Both the position numbers and the translations under genes were made by a program. A model generated the notes under the pieces. It did no database searches, had not been told where the DNA came from, and saw only the letters and a program-made list of their open reading frames with translations. 64,000 nt of DNA from an uncultured Candidatus Kuenenia sp. GTDB lineage: Bacteria; Planctomycetota; UBA11346. The stretch is taken from assembly GCA_964654285.1 (NCBI GenBank), contig CAZZJC010000021.1:5249-69248 (forward strand), read 5' to 3'. Below, piece after piece: positions 48,032-57,314 of this stretch (positions are counted from its first letter, which is position 1; the number at the start of each line of letters is the position of its first letter).

Positions 48032-50073
48032 TCGACCATCCCTTCGCCATCCAGATCATCGCCGAGCCGGAACAGCGCGGCACCTTGGCCAGCAGGATCG
48101 AACGCCTGCCCGACTCCGATCGGCCACGTTGGCGCCTGACCTTCACCGCCGGTGCGGAGGTATTCCGGGGTCGGTTGCGCATCGTGCTGCCGCTCGCCAC
48201 GCCGACGGTGCCGTGGTTCCTCATCCCCGGCTATTTCTACGGCCAGGGCCGCACCGATCCGAAACTCAACACACCGACGCTCGGTCGCCTCGGCGCCGAC
48301 CGCTGGACCGCGCCGGCGTGGGACATCGCGCTGGAACGCGCCGCGTATCCGTTGGTGCTCGCCTTCCACGGTGGTCGCTGGCGCGGCCTGGACGCCGAGC
48401 CGCACCATCGCCTCTACGGCGCCCCCGACCGGCCGGCGACCTGGGGCAACGACGAGCCGCAGATCGGTCTTGGGCTCGCCTGGGACGACGGTCAGGGCCA
48501 CGTCGCCATCAACCTGCCAGCGTTCGAGGGGCCGCTGCGCCAGGTGCGCCACCGCCATGACGGCGCGTTGGCGCGGCGGCTGACCCTGCCGGCCGGGGCG
48601 CGACTCGAACTCGACGTCGGCGTCTGGGATTTCCCTGGCGACGCCCACGGCTACCAGCCGGTGCTGGAACGGCTGTACCGCGAACTCAAGCCGCAGCATC
48701 CCAGCGCAGCCGAGGAACCGCACGACGAGCTCGCCGCCTGCGCCGCGCACGGCTTGAAGGCCTGGCACTGGACGCCGGCGGCCGGCGGCCGGCCGGGCTA
48801 CTTCGTCTACACCGCCGCGCTCGACCGCAGCGTCGAGTTCAACGCCAACGTCAACCGGAAGACCTCGCTCGGTTGGCACTTCGACGCCACCGGCTTCGTC
48901 GGCGGCTTCCCGGTCGCGTTCGGGCTGGCCTGGCAGGGTCTGCGGCAGAACGATGCGGAATCGCTGGCGATCGTCGACCAGTACGTCGACCGCCTCTGCC
49001 GCGAGGCGCCGGCGCCCAACGGCCTGTTCCGCACCAGCTACCATCCCGGCCGCGCGCGCACACCGAACGGCGAATTCGCCAACGGGCCGGACACGCCCGG
49101 TTATGGATCCTGTTGGCAGGGCGGCACCGCGGTGGCGCATGCGCGCACCACGGCGGATGCATCGTTCCACCTCGCCCGGCTCATCGGCCTCTTCGGCGCT
49201 GAACGCCGGCCAGCGTGGCGGTTGGCGCTCCGCCGATCGCTGGAGGCCGCCCTGCGGTTCCAGGATGCCGATGGCCGGCATCCGCAGCTGTACGACCTGG
49301 CCGCGGATCGGCCGCAGCAGCGCGACGGCTGCGGCGGCCTGACCTGGATCCCGGCGATGGAAGCGGCGCATGATCTCTTCGCGGACGATCCGGATCTCCA
49401 GGAACGTCTGCGCGATTCCATGCTTGCCGCCGGTGCGGGCTACGCCCGCGACATCGAGGCGGAACGCATCTACGGCGCGCCCGAGGATGTCAGCCTGTCG
49501 CCCACCAGCGAGGACGGCTACGCGGCGGTGATGGCCTATGCCGGTCTGCACCGGCGCTTCGGCGCTGCTCCGGGTGGAGGCGATCCGCGTTGGCTGCCGC
49601 TGCTGGTGCGCGCCGCCGACTGGATGCTGACCTGGCGCAAGGCCTACAATGTGCGCTTCGATCCGCGCAACATCCTTGGCGCAGGAGGACTGCGCACGGT
49701 GGGGGGCGACTTCGCCTCCATGAACAACAACCACCTGCACGTCTACGGCATGAACTGCCTCGGCGAGCTGCATCGGCTGACGGCGATCACCGGCAATCCG
49801 TACTACGCCGAGCGCGCCGACGACCATTTCCGCTTCACCTGCCAGCTGCTGTGCAAGGTCGACGGCCAGTGGAACGGCCAGCGCGGCATGCTGACGGAAC
49901 AGTTCTACACCTCCGACTGGTCGATCTGGGACGGCTGGGATCCGACCCCGGCGCACGTGCAGAAGGGCACCCTGATGGGCTTCAGCCATTCGTGGTGCAT
50001 CAACATGGTTCTGCTGGGGCTGTCTTCAGCGGGACACTGCCGGCTCTGCCCTGGACCCGGATTGACCAGATAG
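48028..50073 (+). CDS. Uncharacterised 681-aa protein, possibly (alpha/alpha)6-barrel hydrolase/lyase-like, translationally coupled to the ferredoxin-like gene
   Basis: A long ORF with coding character. Segments such as ...GGDFASMNNNHLHVYGMNCLGELHRLTAITGNPYYAERADDHF... and ...SHSWCINMVLLG... suggest a helical-barrel enzyme. No confident family assignment. Confidence 0.5.
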   Translation: MIDHPFAIQIIAEPEQRGTLASRIERLPDSDRPRWRLTFTAGAEVFRGRLRIVLPLATPTVPWFLIPGYFYGQGRTDPKLNTPTLGRLGADRWTAPAWDIALERAAYPLVLAFHGGRWRGLDAEPHHRLYGAPDRPATWGNDEPQIGLGLAWDDGQGHVAINLPAFEGPLRQVRHRHDGALARRLTLPAGARLELDVGVWDFPGDAHGYQPVLERLYRELKPQHPSAAEEPHDELAACAAHGLKAWHWTPAAGGRPGYFVYTAALDRSVEFNANVNRKTSLGWHFDATGFVGGFPVAFGLAWQGLRQNDAESLAIVDQYVDRLCREAPAPNGLFRTSYHPGRARTPNGEFANGPDTPGYGSCWQGGTAVAHARTTADASFHLARLIGLFGAERRPAWRLALRRSLEAALRFQDADGRHPQLYDLAADRPQQRDGCGGLTWIPAMEAAHDLFADDPDLQERLRDSMLAAGAGYARDIEAERIYGAPEDVSLSPTSEDGYAAVMAYAGLHRRFGAAPGGGDPRWLPLLVRAADWMLTWRKAYNVRFDPRNILGAGGLRTVGGDFASMNNNHLHVYGMNCLGELHRLTAITGNPYYAERADDHFRFTCQLLCKVDGQWNGQRGMLTEQFYTSDWSIWDGWDPTPAHVQKGTLMGFSHSWCINMVLLGLSSAGHCRLCPGPGLTR

Positions 50074-50414
50074 GCGCAACACCGCGTCCTTCCGCTACCT
50101 ACCCGCTTGCCCGGATGGGCGGGGGGCGCTGCGCTGCCCCGCCACGTCACAAATAGGCGCTACGCTGTGCTGTACTGCCCTGGCCGCTGGTTCTCATGCT
50201 GAATGAGGTGTCATCGGACTGGGTGGAAGCTTTGCCGCGCCCTACGGCTTTCTTCTGCGGGGCGCTGCCGGCAGAACCCCGCACGTCAGCGCGCGCGCCA
50301 AAGGGCAAACGGCTCCGCGTTCATCACTTCCCCTTCCCACGGCTTCAACCGGCCGGCGGCCGTGGGGTCGAGGGGCGATGGCCCCTCGCGGGGGCCGGGG
50401 CAGCGCCCCGCACG

Positions 50415-51383
50415 TCAGTTGCCGGTCCAGAGGAACGCCATGCCGGGTTGGAGCAGGCGGGTCAGGTCGCCGGCGTCGAGGTTGATGCCGTTGACGACCT
50501 GCGGGGGGTGGGTCTGGGCGTCGGCGATGAAGCCGAAGGACAGGGTGCTGCGTTCGTAGCGGAAGACGGCGGCTTCCTTGACCTTGGCCAGGCGGCGGGC
50601 TTCGGCGAGGGCTTCGGGCAGGTGGCCGAAACCGTCGACCAGGCCGAGGGCCAGGGCCTGTTCGCCGGTGTAGACGCGGCCGTCGGCGAGCGGGCGCAAT
50701 GTCGCTTCGGCGGCAGCGGTGTCGGCCGGCACCGGGCCTCGGCCCTTGCGGCCCTGCACCACCACCGCCAGGAACTGGGCGTACAGCTGGTCGATCATGC
50801 CTTGGATGAGGGCACGTTCGTCGTCCTTCATCGGGCGGAACATGCTGCCCAGATCCTTGCGCGGGCCGCTGGTGATGACGTTCATCCCGACCCCGATCTT
50901 GCCTGCCAGACCCATGATCTCGGGGCTCATGAAGATCACCCCGATCGATCCGGTGAGCGTTCCTCTGCCGCAGAGCACGGTGTCGGCAGCGCATGCGATG
51001 TAGTAGCCGCCACTGGCGCAGACGCTGCGCTGAAGAGCCACCACCGGCTTGCCCTTGGCACGCAGGGCGAGCACCCGGGCGTGCACGGCATCGCTCGCCA
51101 CCACGTCGCCGCCGGGCGTGTCGAGGGTCACCACGATGGCCTTCACCGCGTCATCCTGTTCGGCCATGCGCAGCTGCCGGCAGACTTCATCCATGCCGCC
51201 GCCTTCGCTGAAACGGCTGCCGCCAAAGCGGATCGGGCCCCTGATGTCGACCACCGCGATGCGGGCCGGGCCCGAGCCTTCCTCCTCGATGGCGGTCTGG
51301 CGCCAGCTGCGGTCGTGGCTGATGCAGCCGGCGACGAACAGGACGCAGGTGCAGAGGGCTGCGGCGGACAGGATGCGGCGCAT
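50415..51383 (-). CDS. sppA: Signal peptide peptidase SppA (36K type, S49 family)
   Basis: MRRILSAAALCTCVLFVAGC is a signal or lipoprotein-like leader. ...IVVTLDTPGGDVVASD... and ...SVCASGGYYIACAADTVL... match the S49 ClpP/crotonase fold. It is the real gene inside the artefactual 1387-aa ORF. Confidence 0.8.
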   Translation of the reverse strand: MRRILSAAALCTCVLFVAGCISHDRSWRQTAIEEEGSGPARIAVVDIRGPIRFGGSRFSEGGGMDEVCRQLRMAEQDDAVKAIVVTLDTPGGDVVASDAVHARVLALRAKGKPVVALQRSVCASGGYYIACAADTVLCGRGTLTGSIGVIFMSPEIMGLAGKIGVGMNVITSGPRKDLGSMFRPMKDDERALIQGMIDQLYAQFLAVVVQGRKGRGPVPADTAAAEATLRPLADGRVYTGEQALALGLVDGFGHLPEALAEARRLAKVKEAAVFRYERSTLSFGFIADAQTHPPQVVNGINLDAGDLTRLLQPGMAFLWTGN

Positions 51384-51629
51384 GGGACGGCTCCAGGTCG
51401 GGGATCCGCAGCGGGTGCGGACGGCAGAGAGGACTACCGGCCCGAGGCAGGGCCGGAAGGGTCCAGCCGTCGATCCTGCGGACGCATCGACGGGCTGCCC
51501 TGCCTGGGTATGTCCGCGGTCCAGCCGTTTTACGAACCGATCCGGCGCGGGATCCGGGCGGGATGCGGGTCTGCAGAGATACGGCGCACCGGGCCGCGCG
51601 GCCTGGACTTTCCTGGGGTATGCTGGTCC

Positions 51630-54600
51630 ATGCCTGAAGTTTCGACGAGCGGCCATGGCCGGGAATTGGCGAACGGGACCAGCGTCGGGATGTACCGCAT
51701 CACGGGGCAGCTGGGCAAGGGCGGCATGGCGGTGGTCTACCGCGCGGTGCATGCGGCGCTCGGGCGCGAGGTCGCGCTCAAGGTGGTCTCGCCGCAGTTC
51801 GCCGAGGATCCGACCTTCCGTTCGCGCTTCCTGCGCGAGGCGCAGGTGGCGGCGCGGATCAACCATCCCAACGTGGTGACCTGCTTCGATGCCGGCGAGG
51901 GCGACGGCCGGCTGTTCATGGCCTTGGAACTGGTCACCGGCGGCGATCTGCTCGATCTGCTCGATCGCCGTGGCGGCCGGCTCGACGAGGTGCTCGCGCT
52001 CGGCCTCATGCGCGACGCCCTGGCCGGGCTGGAGGCGGTCGAGGCGGCGGGCCTGGTGCACCGCGATATCAAGCCGGCCAACATCTTCATCACCGACGGC
52101 GGCCAGGCCAAGGTCGCCGATCTCGGCCTGGCGCGGGTCAGCGGCAACGACCAGGTCACCCAACCGGGCGTGATCATGGGCACGCCGGCGTACATCGCGC
52201 CGGAACAGGCCAACGGCGTGCCGGATCTCGACATCCGCGCCGATCTCTACTCGCTCGGGGCGTCGCTCTACCATCTGCTGACCGGCCAGCCGCCGTTCTC
52301 GTCCGACAGCGCGGTGGCGACGCTGATCAAGGCGCTCAACGAACCGGTGCCCGACCCCGCCATCCTGCGGCCTGACCTCACGCCCGGCTGCCGCACGCTG
52401 ATCCTGCGCCTGATGGAAAAGGACCGCAACCGCCGCCATGTCTCGGCCCGGCAGGCGCGCGAAGAGGTCGAAACGCTGCTCACCGGCCGCCAGCCCGAGC
52501 TCGCCTCCGGCGGCCATCCCGGGGTGCGCACCCAGCGCCTCGCCGCCGCGCCGGTGCGCGATCCGGCCCTGGTGCGGGCGGTGGAGCAGCGCGACGCCGG
52601 CCAGGTGGAACCGAACGCCGAGCGGCAGCGCACCACGGCCGCGCCGGCGCAGCCCACGACCGAACGGCGGCGCAGCGAGACCAGCCTCGCCCCGTCGCGC
52701 CCGGATTCCGGCAGCAACCGTCCGGCCTCGGCTTCGGATCGCCAGCGCACCCAGGCAGGCGAACGTCCGGCCACGCCGACGCCTGCGGCGCCAGGCCCGG
52801 GTACCGACCGCCAGGGCCCTGCTCCTGACCGCCAAGGCTCCGCCGCTGACCGCCACGGCTCCGCCTCGGACCGCCAGCGGGTGCAGACCGGGGATCGTTC
52901 GCGCTCCAGCCCGGCGGTGACCGCGAAGTCCGGCGGCCCGGCCACGCCGGCTCCGCGACCGGCCACGCCCGCCCCGCCCGGTTCCGGCCAGCCGCCGGCG
53001 AACCTGCGCATCGACCCGACCCAGCTCGCCCTCCTGGTCAAGCGCATCATCGTGGATTTCGAGGCCATGACGGCAGCGATCGTCCTCGCGCCCGGCGCCA
53101 GCTTCCCGCGCTTCCTCCTCGACCAGATCATCAGCGGGGCGGGCATCGTGCATGGCCTCATCCCCGGCGCGATCCACGAGACCACGCGCACCAGCCAGGT
53201 CGCGCGGCGGATCGTGCTCGCGCGCGGCGATCCGCCCAGTCCGGGCTTTCCCGGCCGCAACGTGCGCGGCGAGGACATCCCGGCGCTGGAGGTGCCGCTG
53301 ACCATCCGCATCAGCGACGACGCGATGACCGCGTGGGCGTTCAGCAAACCGAACCTCATCGTCACCCGCGAGGCGCTGGAGCCGATCCTCAAGCGTTCGG
53401 GCATCCGCTACGGACTCGACCTCGATGCGCTGCGCAAGCTCGTCGACGGGCCACCCGCCCCCGATGGCCGCCGCGCCATCGCCCGCGGCCGGCCGATGGA
53501 TCCGGGCCGCGCAGCCGGCTTCGTCCCGCCCGGACGCGAGGGCGGCACGCCGGATCTCGCGACCGTGGCCAACCTGCAGGAAGTGCCGGCGGGCACCGTG
53601 CTCGGCACCTTCACCGACGCCGAACCCGGCATCCCCGGCATGGACGTGCTCGGACGCGAACTGCCCTGCCCGAAGCTGGAAGCGATCCCGCCGGAACAGC
53701 TCGCCGGCGAGGGCACCGAGATCGGGCGCGACCGCGACGGCCGGCTCGTCCTGCGCTCCACCCGCCAGGGCATGGTCGTCCGCAATCCCGACGGCGTGGT
53801 GCGGGTGGTCGGCGTGTTCGAGGTCAAAGGCGACTTCGGCCCGGGCGACCCGCCGATCGAGACCAACGACGTGGTGGTCATCCGCGGCGCGGTGAAGGAC
53901 GGCGCGAAGATCAGCAGCGCCAGCGATGTCTTCGTCTGCGGCGACCTGCACGACGCCGAGATCAGCGCCGGCGGCAGCCTCCAGGTCGAAGGCGCCATCC
54001 ACGGCGGCGACCAGGCCCTGGTGGTCGGCGAGACCATCGTCGCCGAATCGTGCGAGGTCCGCCGCGTGCTCGCGAGCTCGGTGCGGATCACCGGCGAGGT
54101 GCGCAACTGCGAGATCCGCGCCACCGGCAAGATCAGCGTCGGCAGCATCGCCGGCGGCAGCCTGGTCGCGGGCGGCGATGTCGACATCGGCACCGCCGGC
54201 GACCTCGCCGGCACCACCACCGAGCTGTGGGCCGGCCACAGCCTGAGCTATTCCGAGCAGGAGCGCCTGTCGCGCCTCGACGACCAGCGCCGCGAGGCCG
54301 AACGCACCCGCCTGGTCGACGAGGCCAAGCTGCTGCACGCCGACCTCGCCGACGCCGAACTGAAGAAGAAGCGCCACGCCAGCGCCAGCTACGCCAACCG
54401 CGACCACCTCCAGGCGATCGAGGCCAAGCTGCGCCAGTTCGAATCGGCGCAGGAGAACCTGCGCAACGCCGCCGAGGAGCACCGCAAGGCGCTGGAGAAG
54501 CGCCGCGCCGCCAGCGACCGCCTGAGGAAGCTCGGCGACAACACCGAGGCCCGCGTCTCGGTGAAGGTCGTCGCGCACAAGGGCGTCGTCGCCCGCCTCG

Positions 54601-54659
54601 CCGACATCGAACCCGAGGTGCTGGGCGAATCCAGGCTGCGCTACACCTTGAAGATGTGA
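51630..54659 (+). CDS. Ser/Thr protein kinase fused to a C-terminal DUF342/FapA-like beta-helical domain via a long disordered linker
   Basis: Kinase motifs GQLGKGGMAVVYRA...VALK, HRDIKPANIF, DLGLA and GTPAYIAPE. Then about 170 aa of low-complexity sequence with a repeated (S/P)DRQ motif. Then ...VVIRGAVKDGAKISSASDVFVCGDLHDAEISAGGSLQVEGAIHGGDQALVVGETIVAE...CEIRATGKISVGSIAGGSLVAGGDVDIG, which are FapA-like G/D beta-helix turns. A coiled coil ends the protein. It is the real gene inside the artefactual 1487-aa ORF 50196..54659. Confidence 0.8.
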   Translation: MPEVSTSGHGRELANGTSVGMYRITGQLGKGGMAVVYRAVHAALGREVALKVVSPQFAEDPTFRSRFLREAQVAARINHPNVVTCFDAGEGDGRLFMALELVTGGDLLDLLDRRGGRLDEVLALGLMRDALAGLEAVEAAGLVHRDIKPANIFITDGGQAKVADLGLARVSGNDQVTQPGVIMGTPAYIAPEQANGVPDLDIRADLYSLGASLYHLLTGQPPFSSDSAVATLIKALNEPVPDPAILRPDLTPGCRTLILRLMEKDRNRRHVSARQAREEVETLLTGRQPELASGGHPGVRTQRLAAAPVRDPALVRAVEQRDAGQVEPNAERQRTTAAPAQPTTERRRSETSLAPSRPDSGSNRPASASDRQRTQAGERPATPTPAAPGPGTDRQGPAPDRQGSAADRHGSASDRQRVQTGDRSRSSPAVTAKSGGPATPAPRPATPAPPGSGQPPANLRIDPTQLALLVKRIIVDFEAMTAAIVLAPGASFPRFLLDQIISGAGIVHGLIPGAIHETTRTSQVARRIVLARGDPPSPGFPGRNVRGEDIPALEVPLTIRISDDAMTAWAFSKPNLIVTREALEPILKRSGIRYGLDLDALRKLVDGPPAPDGRRAIARGRPMDPGRAAGFVPPGREGGTPDLATVANLQEVPAGTVLGTFTDAEPGIPGMDVLGRELPCPKLEAIPPEQLAGEGTEIGRDRDGRLVLRSTRQGMVVRNPDGVVRVVGVFEVKGDFGPGDPPIETNDVVVIRGAVKDGAKISSASDVFVCGDLHDAEISAGGSLQVEGAIHGGDQALVVGETIVAESCEVRRVLASSVRITGEVRNCEIRATGKISVGSIAGGSLVAGGDVDIGTAGDLAGTTTELWAGHSLSYSEQERLSRLDDQRREAERTRLVDEAKLLHADLADAELKKKRHASASYANRDHLQAIEAKLRQFESAQENLRNAAEEHRKALEKRRAASDRLRKLGDNTEARVSVKVVAHKGVVARLADIEPEVLGESRLRYTLKM

Positions 54660-54926
54660 CCAGCGAGGCTTGCGCCCCAGCCCGACGGCGCCGCATGCTG
54701 CGCATGTCCCCGCTGCGCGGGGATCGGACTGCGGCGACGGTGGCTACGCCACCTTCCCGCTGCGCGGGACAAGCCCGCCCCCGCTCACTCGCTGGCGCTC
54801 CTTCGGGGGATTGCTCCTCGCGGGCTATGCCCGCCAGGGACTCTCGTCCCTGGACCCGCACAGACCCGACTCGTGCGGAAGTCTGACTTCCTGAATCAAA
54901 CCCCCTTCACTCAAGGACCCTCGCGC

Positions 54927-56075
54927 TCAGCCGAAGGCGCGCGTCAGGCGTTCCAAGGCGGTTTCCAGCGTCGCGCGCGGGCAGCCGAAGTTCAGGCGCA
55001 GCCAGCCCGGGGCGGCGAAATCGCGGCCGTCGGACAGGCCCACGCCATGCGCCACCGCATGCGCGGCCGGATCGGCGACGCCGCTCTGCCGCGCGTCGAT
55101 CCAGGCCAGGTAGGTCGCCTGGCCCGGTTGCCAGGACAGGCGCGGGAGCTTCGCCAACGCCTTGCCGACCAGGTCGCGGTTGCGCCGCAGGTGGTCGAGC
55201 AGCGCGTCGAGCCACGGCCCGCCGGTGCGCCAGGCGGTCTCGGCCCCGAGCATGCCCAGGCCCTCGGCGCTCGGCACGATGCCGGCCCCGGCGGCGCGGA
55301 AGCGCTTGCGCAGGTCGGCATCGGGGATGATCGCGATGGCGCAGCACAGGCCGGGCAGGTTGAAGGTCTTCGATGGCGCGTAGAGCGTGACCGTGCGCTT
55401 GACCAGGTCGGGCGCGGCGCACACGAACGGCTGGTGCCGGCCGTCCAGCACGAGGTCGGCCCAGATCTCGTCGCTGAGCACCCACAGATCGTACCGCCGG
55501 CAGTGCTCGGCCCAGGTCGCGAGTTCGCCCTCCGTCCAGACCCGGCCGGTGGGATTGTGCGGATGGCAGAAGAGCAGGCTGCGCGTGGTCGCGTCGGTGG
55601 CGGCCTCCAGCGCTGTTTGATCAAGCGCCCACCCCCCATGCCCGGACGCAGCGGATCCCTGGGCCAGGCCGACGCGCAGCAGGCGCTGGCCCTGATTGCC
55701 CGGCGCGCTGAGGAACGGCGGATAGCAGGGGGTCGGGCAGAGATGCCCATCGCCCGGCGCGCCGATCGCGCGGCAGAACATGTTGAATCCGGTCACCACG
55801 CCGGGCAGCGGCACGATCGCGTCCGGTTCGACCGTCCAGCCGTGGCGGGTCGACAGCCAGGCGCAGGCGGCTTCCGCGAACGAGCGCTGCGGCACGGAAT
55901 AGCCCAGCACCCCATGGTCGAGCCGCGCCCGCAACGCCGCCAGCACCGCCGGCGGCGCCGGCGTGTCCATGTCCGCCACCCAGGCCGGCACCACGTCGCG
56001 CCCGGCCCAGCGCTCCCACTTCATGCTGCCGGTGCCACGGCGATCGGGGCAGCGGTCGAAATCCCAGGCGGTCAC
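54927..56075 (-). CDS. PatB/MalY-type cystathionine beta-lyase (class I/II aminotransferase fold, C-S lyase)
   Basis: (V)TAWDFDRCPDRRGTGSMKWE... is the MalY/PatB N-terminal signature. A PLP lysine is present in ...LYAPSKTFNLPGL.... GTG start at 56075 (alternative ATG at 56024). Confidence 0.7.
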   Translation of the reverse strand: MTAWDFDRCPDRRGTGSMKWERWAGRDVVPAWVADMDTPAPPAVLAALRARLDHGVLGYSVPQRSFAEAACAWLSTRHGWTVEPDAIVPLPGVVTGFNMFCRAIGAPGDGHLCPTPCYPPFLSAPGNQGQRLLRVGLAQGSAASGHGGWALDQTALEAATDATTRSLLFCHPHNPTGRVWTEGELATWAEHCRRYDLWVLSDEIWADLVLDGRHQPFVCAAPDLVKRTVTLYAPSKTFNLPGLCCAIAIIPDADLRKRFRAAGAGIVPSAEGLGMLGAETAWRTGGPWLDALLDHLRRNRDLVGKALAKLPRLSWQPGQATYLAWIDARQSGVADPAAHAVAHGVGLSDGRDFAAPGWLRLNFGCPRATLETALERLTRAFG

Positions 56076-56343
56076 GATCTGATCCTGGGCAAGGGAGTGC
56101 TCGCGCTTCGCATGGCTCGCATCGTTGATGCCTGCCCTCTGCGTCAATGCGTGGCCGTTGCTGCGCGAACAAGGCAACCGGATCAGAGCGCAGGATCCGT
56201 CCGGCCCGACGCCAAGATCCGTGAATCGGGATCCACCAACCGGTTGACGGATGGCGCCTGGTCTCGCAGACGGCGATCCCGGAAAGCGACGAGCCCGGGG
56301 CGGCGGTGCCCTGCCGAGGCGTCGTGAACCATGACCGCGCTGA

Positions 56344-57162
56344 TCACGGCACGAAGGAGAAGCCGACCAGGATGCGGTTGGTCCGTTCGCGGTAGTTGAG
56401 CAGGGTCTCGCCGTAGCCGCAGTACCACTGGGCATGCAGGGCGAGGTCCAGGCGCGGCACCAGCCGCTTGATCGGGAAGCTGGCGTCGAGCTGCACGTTG
56501 CCGTAGCGGCCGCCCTCGCCGATCCGTCCCCACAGGTCGACATTGAACCAGCGATGATCCAGCAGCACATGGGCGTCGAACCGGCCCCGGTAGCTGGCGA
56601 TGTCGGGATTGTCGGAGAGCTGGCTGGGCAGCACCTTCCAGCGCGGATCCACGGTCAGTCGCAGACGGTCATCCAGTCTGGCGCGGATGGGAGCGCGGAC
56701 GAAGCCGTACCAGTCGATCGAACGCGAGTCCTCGCCCGACTTGCCGTTGGATTCGTGGCCGAGGCCGGTCGCCAGGCCGACATGCGGATCCTTGCCGAGG
56801 GCGGGCAGCAGGTCGGGGAACAGATGGCCGAAGTAGAACCAGCCCTCCGGCCGGTAGCTGCTGTCGTAGAACGGCTTCGATTCGTGATAGAGATCCCACC
56901 AGGAGGTCTGGGAATAGCTGAAGTAGAAGCCATCGCGCCGTTCCGCCCCGGCGGCGGCCTGGTTGTCCCAGCCCACCGTGCGCAGGGCGATGCTGAACTG
57001 GAACTTGGCGTTGATCTTCTCGACCGGTTCGACCAGGAAGTAGATCGGCTCGTAGGCGGTGACGTTGAGCGGCATGCGGCCGGGATCGTCGCCGGCGGAA
57101 ACCGGAGCAAGACCGGCAGCCAGGGCGGCGACGAGCGCGGCTTTAGGTACGCAGGAGCGCAT
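56344..57162 (-). CDS. pldA: Outer-membrane phospholipase A (OMPLA)
   Basis: MRSCVPKAALVAALAAGLAPVSAGDD is a signal peptide. ...YEPIYFLV...FSYSQTSWWDLY...GLGHESNG...VGFSFVP matches the OMPLA fold, including the HxSNG catalytic motif. Confidence 0.8.
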   Translation of the reverse strand: MRSCVPKAALVAALAAGLAPVSAGDDPGRMPLNVTAYEPIYFLVEPVEKINAKFQFSIALRTVGWDNQAAAGAERRDGFYFSYSQTSWWDLYHESKPFYDSSYRPEGWFYFGHLFPDLLPALGKDPHVGLATGLGHESNGKSGEDSRSIDWYGFVRAPIRARLDDRLRLTVDPRWKVLPSQLSDNPDIASYRGRFDAHVLLDHRWFNVDLWGRIGEGGRYGNVQLDASFPIKRLVPRLDLALHAQWYCGYGETLLNYRERTNRILVGFSFVP

Positions 57163-57314
57163 GGAGTTCCTTGGGCCACAGGGTTCACGGAACGTCCCTG
57201 GGCAGGCGGACGTTCGCTGCACCGGTCGCCCCCGCAACGACGAGCTTCCGACCTCGGCGCCGGCGCCGACTCCACCGCCCCTTCCCACGCCGACCGCCGC
57301 TCCAGCATGCCGCC

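Noticed and set aside
47698-49989. 763-aa minus-strand ORF
   Set aside because: It is antisense to the ferredoxin-like and 681-aa genes. The plus-strand genes show translational coupling and RBS support, and this frame shows neither.
50196-54659. 1487-aa plus-strand ORF and the overlapping 1387-aa minus-strand ORF (50415..54578)
   Set aside because: Only the 3' part of the plus ORF (from the ATG at 51630) has kinase and coding character. Only the 3' part of the minus ORF (start 51383) matches SppA. The rest is GC-driven open frame with Ala/Arg/Gly-rich translation.
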